Source: Tequatrovirus LF73P3. From it: a DNA stretch of 64,000 nt. The stretch lies in the sequence record OZ035756.1; one strand, given 5' to 3'. Positions 58,437 to 64,000 of the stretch are shown piece by piece (the stretch's first letter is position 1; each line of letters opens with the position of its first letter). Both the position numbers and the translations under genes were made by a program. Under the pieces are notes generated by a model. That model did not search any database and had not been told where the DNA came from. It saw only the letters and a program-made list of their open reading frames with translations.

Positions 58437-59405
58437 TTATTTCAGAAGAGTAACCTCAGCGATTTCTTGCCAACCGTTTTTGTCGGTCATAATAAAGTCA
58501 GCAAGATAAAGAGCAGTACGCAGTGAAACATTGCGTAAACGATTAACATTAACTTTCATCCATGATAATGCTTTATAAGTTTCTTCATCAGAAAGACCGC
58601 GCTTTTGCATCATGTCAGTTGAAAGAATAACATCTTCAACCCTGACCATAATTTCTTCATTAGTGTGAACACCCAAATCCAAATAAACCGAGCGGGACAC
58701 TAATGCTTGTAAATGTGGAGCAAGTTTAGTACCACGGTCTAATTCGCGGTCAATGTCAACGTTTGTGATAAAAACAATCGTTCCTTTAAATTCAAACTCA
58801 CGGTCAATGCCTTTTTCTTCTAAGTAAGAAGATGCAGTGCTCCAGCAGACTTTACGGGTCTCTCCAGTGTCCAGAGCAGCTTTTAGAAGATTAAGAATGT
58901 CCATATCAGAGAAAACATCCACATCATCAATCAAAAGGACAGAATTCTCTTCACGATTATTCCAAAGCTGCTCATAAAGACCAATACCAGAGATTTTACC
59001 ATTAATGCTTTTATATTCAATGTATCCGTTATCATTTGCTTTATTTAAAGCTTTATCTAAAGAATACGTTTTACCAATACCTGCTGCGCCAGAGATAATT
59101 AATGAACGAATATTTCCATTAATAATACCATTCGTCATCATTCCCATAACATTAAATCTTTTATTAATGCGGGTTTTCATATCTTCATATGATTCTTTAA
59201 CTTCTTCAACTTTTACACCATCATATGAAATATCTGATTTGTAAACCCAAACACCGCGACGTTTACCGTCAATTTCAACAAAAACTTTACCATCTCCTTG
59301 TGCATCTACCGGAGCATTATCTGGGAACCATTCGCCTAAGAGCTCAAAAGTTCCAGAGATTTCTTTACCGAAGTAGATACCCTTATTGATAGTTACAGTT
59401 TTCAT
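58437..59405 (-). CDS. AAA+-type P-loop ATPase (about 322 aa)
   Basis: Walker A GAAGIGKT, Walker B LLIDDVD, sensor-like FITNVD; ATG at 59405 with SD GGAG. Confidence 0.6.
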   Translation of the reverse strand: MKTVTINKGIYFGKEISGTFELLGEWFPDNAPVDAQGDGKVFVEIDGKRRGVWVYKSDISYDGVKVEEVKESYEDMKTRINKRFNVMGMMTNGIINGNIRSLIISGAAGIGKTYSLDKALNKANDNGYIEYKSINGKISGIGLYEQLWNNREENSVLLIDDVDVFSDMDILNLLKAALDTGETRKVCWSTASSYLEEKGIDREFEFKGTIVFITNVDIDRELDRGTKLAPHLQALVSRSVYLDLGVHTNEEIMVRVEDVILSTDMMQKRGLSDEETYKALSWMKVNVNRLRNVSLRTALYLADFIMTDKNGWQEIAEVTLLK

Positions 59406-59474
59406 TTTATTCTCCAATTTCACATTTGTTTTGATAGGGTAATAGTATCACACTACTACCCTACTGTAAACAAT

Positions 59475-59738
59475 TTATTTTAATGTTTGCCAAATTTTTA
59501 CTGCTTCGCGACGAGATACTTCTACAGCTCCAAGTTCTACGGCTTTTTGGCGTCGGCGAGCATGTAAGTCATAATGTTTAATGCGTTTATCTTGAAACCA
59601 AGAACGTTTCATTCCTATTGCTTCTGCCATTTTATGAAGCTCTTCAATATCTCCATCAGTGAACATATGACAATTTTTAGTTGGATGACCGCGAAGTTTC
59701 CATCCATGATTCATTAAAACATCTACGTAAACTGTCAT
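59475..59738 (-). CDS. small conserved protein, DUF4031-like (87 aa)
   Basis: MTVYVDVLMNHGWKLRGHP...HYDLHARRRQKAVELGA pattern. Confidence 0.5.
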   Translation of the reverse strand: MTVYVDVLMNHGWKLRGHPTKNCHMFTDGDIEELHKMAEAIGMKRSWFQDKRIKHYDLHARRRQKAVELGAVEVSRREAVKIWQTLK

Positions 59739-59884
59739 TGATTCTGCTCCAAATATGTTTCTATAATTTTCTGAGCGAGATAAACTGCGTTATCTTCAGT
59801 TGCATCTTCTAAGAAATTTTCAAAATAAGCTGAAATTTCTTCTGTGTCAATCAACTTTTTTACTTCAATTAACGTAGTTTTCAT
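59735..59884 (-). CDS. small acidic protein (49 aa; trimmed to cassette ATG)
   Basis: ATG at 59884 within conserved leader. Confidence 0.4.
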   Translation of the reverse strand: MKTTLIEVKKLIDTEEISAYFENFLEDATEDNAVYLAQKIIETYLEQNQ

Positions 59885-59919
59885 TTTATTCCCCCAAATC
59901 CGTATCAGTTGATAGTTGT

Positions 59920-59949
59920 ATAGTACCACAGTATGCTTTGGTTGTAAAC
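59920..59949 (-). promoter_or_regulatory. Early promoter cassette (GTTTAC, TGGTACTAT)
   Basis: minus-strand GTTTACaaccaaagcatactgtggTACTATACaactatcaactgatacgg. Confidence 0.6.
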
Positions 59950-59968
59950 CGTTTTGTGAAAAAAATTT

Positions 59969-60000
59969 TGAAATAAAAAAGGGGACCTTAGAGGTCCCCT
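59969..60000 (-). terminator. Rho-independent terminator (GGGGACC-loop-GGTCCCC plus U-run)
   Basis: 7-bp GC stem followed by UUUUUUAUUUC on minus strand, directly after stop at 60010. Confidence 0.7.
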
Positions 60001-60009
60001 TGCGTTAGT

Positions 60010-60495
60010 TTATACCATTTCTATTATGTGCATATTCTTTTTGCTGTCAAAATATATGCTTTTAACTGTTAACTCAGAATTAATTGGCAGTAAAAACTCT
60101 CTTTCATAATCTACCATACAAAGATTATCATAAAGTTTGTTAAGCTTATCATCATCAGTTTGACCAGATTCTTCAATTGCGATTAAATTTTCTAAAATGT
60201 CAATCATGGCAGTCGAATAGTCAAAAACGTTTGCATTTTTTAACACTACTAAAACATTAGTCATATAGCGTTCTGCAGCAAACGTTTCAGCTATATGAGA
60301 CTCACTGCTAAAGGAAGTTATTCTTTTAAATTTGATTCTCCTATTAACTTCAAACTTATAAGATAGCACTTCCTCTATTGTAAGTCCTCTAAAAAGTATG
60401 TCTTTAATCTCAAGTTTGTCTTTAATGTAATCATTAACACGCTTATGATTAAAATCATTAATTTTGTTGCCAAGGCATTGCATTAAAATATGCAT
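60010..60495 (-). CDS. putative ADP-ribosyltransferase-fold protein (R-S-E class, ModA/ModB-like), 161 aa
   Basis: motifs LFRGLT, SFSSES, YEREFLLP with spacing like ModA (WRG/SAS/EQEVMIP) and ModB; SD GAGGA. Confidence 0.5.
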   Translation of the reverse strand: MHILMQCLGNKINDFNHKRVNDYIKDKLEIKDILFRGLTIEEVLSYKFEVNRRIKFKRITSFSSESHIAETFAAERYMTNVLVVLKNANVFDYSTAMIDILENLIAIEESGQTDDDKLNKLYDNLCMVDYEREFLLPINSELTVKSIYFDSKKNMHIIEMV

Positions 60496-60542
60496 TGTAT
60501 TTTCCTCAATTTTTAAAGAACAATTAACTAACTTACAAATAT

Positions 60543-60572
60543 ATTATAATATGCTTTGCGGTAGAAGTAAAC
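60543..60572 (-). promoter_or_regulatory. Early promoter (GTTTAC, TATAAT)
   Basis: minus-strand ttGTTTACttctaccgcaaagcatATTATAATat. Confidence 0.55.
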
Positions 60573-60588
60573 AACTTTGTGAAAAAAT

Positions 60589-60620
60589 TTTGAAATAAAA
60601 AGGGAGCCCGAAGGCTCCCT
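60589..60620 (-). terminator. Rho-independent terminator (AGGGAGCC-UUCG-GGCUCCCU plus U-run)
   Basis: 8-bp stem with UUCG tetraloop followed by UUUUUAUUUC. Confidence 0.7.
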
Positions 60621-60621
60621 A

Positions 60622-61635
60622 TCATTTATAATAACTTCGATGGTTTTCAAGATAAACCCTCTCAAGGAAGTCATCCCAGAAACCCATGTCTACTTTTTGC
60701 TGCATACCGTTCTTAGAAGCTTCAATGGATGCTGCTTCTACTTGATCGACCACATCTTCCAAAAACTCTTGAACAGTTTTAAATGGATGTTTACCCAACT
60801 TCACGTCGAGAATAAATGGAGCGTCTTGAAGTGGATAGACTAAGTCACCAGTTTTGTAAATTTCCAATAGTTGGAGTCCACCACGGCAAGCATGACTCAG
60901 AGCTTTCCAGTCAATGCCCTCATTCGCTTCAGCCTTACGAGCACGTTCGCCGTATTCAGCATCAAGTTTATTCAAAGATTGCTTAAGCTCGATAAGAGAA
61001 AGCGTTGTCTGATATTTACGACCCAACACAGTGTAGAACGTTTGTGGACCTGTTTTCTCATGATTATGGAACACCCATTCACAGAATTCGTTCTCTGGAA
61101 GACGATGCTTAATATCTTCAATCTTAGTTCGACGTTGCTTAATGGAACCGTCTTCTTGATAATCAACCCACTGATCAGGGATTTGATTAACTACTTTCAA
61201 TACATCACGTAATGCGGCCAAACGAGAACCCTTAACACCGTATTTAGAAGCTTGCTTGCGAACATATCCTAAGTAGGATTTCATGTTAGTCGTATAAAAA
61301 CGAGAACGATTGTCTTGAATAAACTTCCATACATCAGGCAAATCAGATTTAACTACCAGTTCAGGTGGAGTGTGGAGCATATCCAATGCTACAGTTTCAC
61401 CATCTGCTGCTAATTTAAAGAAATACTTAAGACTGTATAGTTCATGGTCAATATCATCTTTAGTGTTTTTAGATGATGTGTTGTTAGTGTTTTTACTCAT
61501 ATGCTCTTTAACATTTCCGATAAGAATATCACGAGCAGGAGGAACAAAGATTTCTTTAAAATCTACATCAGATTCTGGAGTAGAAGTTCCATAAAGATGA
61601 CTACCAAAATAGCTTTTCATTACTGTTTTCATCAT
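60622..61635 (-). CDS. Pol-beta-superfamily nucleotidyltransferase-fold protein (337 aa)
   Basis: N-terminal YFGSHLYGTSTPESDVDF fits the G[SG]x(9-13)DxD NTase signature; helical C-terminal domain. Confidence 0.5.
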   Translation of the reverse strand: MMKTVMKSYFGSHLYGTSTPESDVDFKEIFVPPARDILIGNVKEHMSKNTNNTSSKNTKDDIDHELYSLKYFFKLAADGETVALDMLHTPPELVVKSDLPDVWKFIQDNRSRFYTTNMKSYLGYVRKQASKYGVKGSRLAALRDVLKVVNQIPDQWVDYQEDGSIKQRRTKIEDIKHRLPENEFCEWVFHNHEKTGPQTFYTVLGRKYQTTLSLIELKQSLNKLDAEYGERARKAEANEGIDWKALSHACRGGLQLLEIYKTGDLVYPLQDAPFILDVKLGKHPFKTVQEFLEDVVDQVEAASIEASKNGMQQKVDMGFWDDFLERVYLENHRSYYK

Positions 61636-62117
61636 TCAGCCTTATATTCAATAACAGGACATACTTTAGCTTTACGCGCTTTTAAAAATTCGACGATAAT
61701 AGATTTCTTGGGTTGAATAGGCTCAAGTCCATTTTTGATTCGTTCTTCGTTTTGTACAATGAGCTCAATTTCTTTATTGAGCTTTCGGTCGTTATATTTG
61801 TCTAACAACCAGGAAGGACCAATTACCGCCCCGACAGCAATAAGAACCATGACCGATAATGCTAAAATGCCTATACCAATTGAAGCTGGAATTAATGTCC
61901 ATAGACTACTAAAGACAAAGAATTTAATTAAAATTTCTTGGCCAATTATTGCAGCACCTGTTAAAGTTGCAAATCCAACAATTGAAACCGCTAATACCGG
62001 GAGAAACGTTTTCCAAAAATAAGCACATAACGTTTTTGGACGATTCCATGTGCTGTTAAATGCCGAGTAAATTTTAAAGTGCCAAGAGTTTTCATTAATA
62101 ATCATAATTATAATCAT
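61632..62117 (-). CDS. hypothetical membrane protein (161 aa, 2-3 TM helices)
   Basis: hydrophobic core FLPVLAVSIVGFATLTGAAIIG... and ILALSVMVLIAVGAVIG; 4-nt overlap with both neighbours. Confidence 0.5.
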   Translation of the reverse strand: MIIIMIINENSWHFKIYSAFNSTWNRPKTLCAYFWKTFLPVLAVSIVGFATLTGAAIIGQEILIKFFVFSSLWTLIPASIGIGILALSVMVLIAVGAVIGPSWLLDKYNDRKLNKEIELIVQNEERIKNGLEPIQPKKSIIVEFLKARKAKVCPVIEYKAE

Positions 62118-62635
62118 CCTTTCATTGAAGGTGTAACAGTTGTTAAATACTTAATCATAGCTTCAGCTTCTGATTTTGATAATGAAATTTCTCCATTGTT
62201 TTGACGAATAGAAATAAAATCCGGATGACGGTCACCACCAGCTTTTAAAACACACATATAAGTATCAGTTTCATCTTCAATATCTGAAATGATTGAAGCA
62301 GTTCCACATGAATGTGGTTTTTGATAAATCAATACAGCTTTTCTTCCACCGTTTGACTGCTCATAAACTTTTAACACATCAAACAAATCACTTCTTTTAT
62401 CAATAGCTAAGATGTTGTTTTCATCTTCAATGTTAAATCCTTCGGATACTTCATAAAGTGTCACCCATAAATCACCAATATCAATAACAGCGTTCACTTT
62501 TCCATGACTTTCAAGAGCATTACAAATTTTCTTAATTTCATCATAACTCATTTTAATAATATCATCTCCTTGAATAAAGAAGATGTCATTTTTAAATTCA
62601 ACGCGAATTAAACCACTTTCACTTGAAATAAACAT
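62114..62635 (-). CDS. hypothetical protein (173 aa), paralogue of next gene
   Basis: shared C-terminal pattern EAEAMIKYLTTVTPSM vs EAIALKTYLDSVIPTM. Confidence 0.5.
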   Translation of the reverse strand: MFISSESGLIRVEFKNDIFFIQGDDIIKMSYDEIKKICNALESHGKVNAVIDIGDLWVTLYEVSEGFNIEDENNILAIDKRSDLFDVLKVYEQSNGGRKAVLIYQKPHSCGTASIISDIEDETDTYMCVLKAGGDRHPDFISIRQNNGEISLSKSEAEAMIKYLTTVTPSMKG

Positions 62636-62641
62636 ATTTCC

Positions 62642-63199
62642 TCACTTTGAAATCATAGTTGGAATGACAGAATCAAGATAAGTCTTTAGCGCAATAGCTT
62701 CGTCTTTGGTAAATGTGACAATATATGAACGAAAATCATCAATTTGACGAATAGTTAAGACATCTCCATCTTCATAACATTTTGATACATTTAAAACAGT
62801 TTCATCATTTTGATTGCAAGCGTTAGTAATAATAGCATTGCAATTTTTGAGCCATTTTAAACTATGTTTTCTTTCATTAGAATAATAAAAATATTTAATC
62901 TTATCTATAAAACTATCCCAATGGATAACTGATAAACACATTGACTCACTTTTAATATTAAATCCTGGGCATGAAGAATAAAAATGAATTTTGTGCTCAT
63001 CATTGATGCTTACTATTTTATCAGTATAAGGATATTCTATTTGGATTAAATGAATGATTTCACTAGGCGTAAAATATAGCATATCGTCTTCTTGCGTCAA
63101 ACGATACATGTTATTTACTTTTTCTATAGCCAATTCACCAAAAAGCGGACTAACTTCTAATACTAATCGTTTCATATTGATTCTCTTCGACTCACTCAC
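62642..63199 (-). CDS. hypothetical protein (185 aa), paralogue of previous gene
   Basis: first gene of a four-gene translationally coupled operon. Confidence 0.5.
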   Translation of the reverse strand: MSESKRINMKRLVLEVSPLFGELAIEKVNNMYRLTQEDDMLYFTPSEIIHLIQIEYPYTDKIVSINDEHKIHFYSSCPGFNIKSESMCLSVIHWDSFIDKIKYFYYSNERKHSLKWLKNCNAIITNACNQNDETVLNVSKCYEDGDVLTIRQIDDFRSYIVTFTKDEAIALKTYLDSVIPTMISK

Positions 63200-63334
63200 A
63201 ATTACATACTCCTTTGAATAATATCAATAATGTTGTTCACCAGATTATAAGTAAACATTGGATAATTATATTGAATCATCACATACACAACAAACAAAAC
63301 TTTCATTCTCTTCTCCTTGGCAGTTGACAAGATT

Positions 63335-63364
63335 ACTATATCATAACCTTGCCAACTTGTAAAC
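63335..63364 (-). promoter_or_regulatory. Early promoter (GTTTAC, TGATATAGT) for the 63199-60622 operon
   Basis: minus-strand GTTTACaagttggcaaggttatgaTATAGT. Confidence 0.5.
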
Positions 63365-63529
63365 CATTAAATGACGTTTTCAATAAAATTCTGAAGCTTT
63401 GTGTGAGCATCAACCATGATTTTCATTTCTTCCTTTGCGAAAGCTGTACCTCTTTCTCGAGCAGAATACTCATAGTCAGAAACTGCATTAGCATATTCTT
63501 CAATTAGCTTCATTAAAAACATCTGCTTT

Positions 63530-63724
63530 TCAGTTTTCATTATTCCACCTAATCATTTCAAGATATTGAACTAACTTAGCTTTGGATTTATCCAAATCCT
63601 TTTTAGCTGCTTCTATACCATCGTATGAGTATCCTTCACAATGCTCAACTGCTAATTGATATGAATCTATTTCAACATCACGTGCTAATTTAATAATTTT
63701 TTCAAACTGTTCACATGTTAGCAT
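63530..63724 (-). CDS. hypothetical protein (64 aa)
   Basis: six-frame ORF. Confidence 0.4.
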   Translation of the reverse strand: MLTCEQFEKIIKLARDVEIDSYQLAVEHCEGYSYDGIEAAKKDLDKSKAKLVQYLEMIRWNNEN

Positions 63725-63726
63725 AC

Positions 63727-63966
63727 TTAAACTCTCGTATTATGATCGATAATTTCATCAAGAAACATATCTAAAGCTTCTACAGCATTATCAACTTTAG
63801 CTTCAAATTTTTCAATACCTTTATTTGCAATGCCTGCCGAAAACCAAGCAAAGTCACTAAGTTCCTCATCTGCTTTGCGAATTAAAGCTACCAATTCTTT
63901 AATTTTATCTGCTTGTTCAATTCTAGTCATTATTCCACCACATATGAAAGAGAGAATATTGCACAC
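63727..63966 (-). CDS. hypothetical protein (79 aa)
   Basis: six-frame ORF. Confidence 0.4.
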   Translation of the reverse strand: MCNILSFICGGIMTRIEQADKIKELVALIRKADEELSDFAWFSAGIANKGIEKFEAKVDNAVEALDMFLDEIIDHNTRV

Positions 63967-64000
63967 GCCATATGAGTTGCAGCTTCATCACACATATCAT

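Noticed and set aside
3536-60620. Possible CRISPR array or tRNA genes among the repeated elements
   Set aside because: The repeats are about 70-bp promoter/terminator cassettes separated by kilobases of coding sequence, not short regularly spaced direct repeats; no cloverleaf-like tRNA sequences were recognised.

Overview
The window is a contiguous stretch of the early/middle 'replication arm' of a T-even (T4-like, Tevenvirinae) myovirus, transcribed almost entirely leftward on the minus strand. I recognise the genes by recalled T4 protein sequences and lengths, with no database search run. In window order: 3' end of holin t (plus strand), asiA, arn, motA, gene 52 topoisomerase, ac-like membrane peptides, ndd, denB, rIIB, rIIA, a fused gene 39 topoisomerase, dexA, dda, srd-like, modA, modB, soc, gene 56 dCTPase, gene 61 primase, sp, dmd, gene 41 helicase, uvsX, a glycosyltransferase, gene 42, imm, gene 43 DNA polymerase, regA, 62/44/45 clamp loader and clamp, rpbA, 46/47, alpha-gt, gene 55, nrdH-like, nrdG, nrdD, gene 49 and nrdC. 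From about 53.5 kb to the end lies a hyperplastic region of uncharacterised genes. Non-coding structure is dominated by a repeated cassette of terminator hairpin, early sigma70-type promoter (-35 GTTTAC, extended -10) and conserved leader, resembling the PeSL mobile regulatory cassettes of T4-type phages. The most interesting candidates are a small ModA/ModB-like ADP-ribosyltransferase-fold gene flanked by two such cassettes, an adjacent four-gene operon encoding a Pol-beta-type nucleotidyltransferase-fold protein with a membrane protein, a coiled-coil paralogue family, an AAA+ ATPase, and a plus-strand membrane-peptide gene in the 56-61 interval. Differences from T4 as I recall it: gene 39 is fused (no gene 60 split), nrdD has no intron, no homing endonuclease genes are visible, and the beta-gt position holds a 282-aa DxD glycosyltransferase. 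Several six-frame ORF starts are over-extended (GTG/TTG or upstream of the promoter) and were trimmed to the first ATG with a Shine-Dalgarno; hand-derived coordinates may be off by 1-2 nt.
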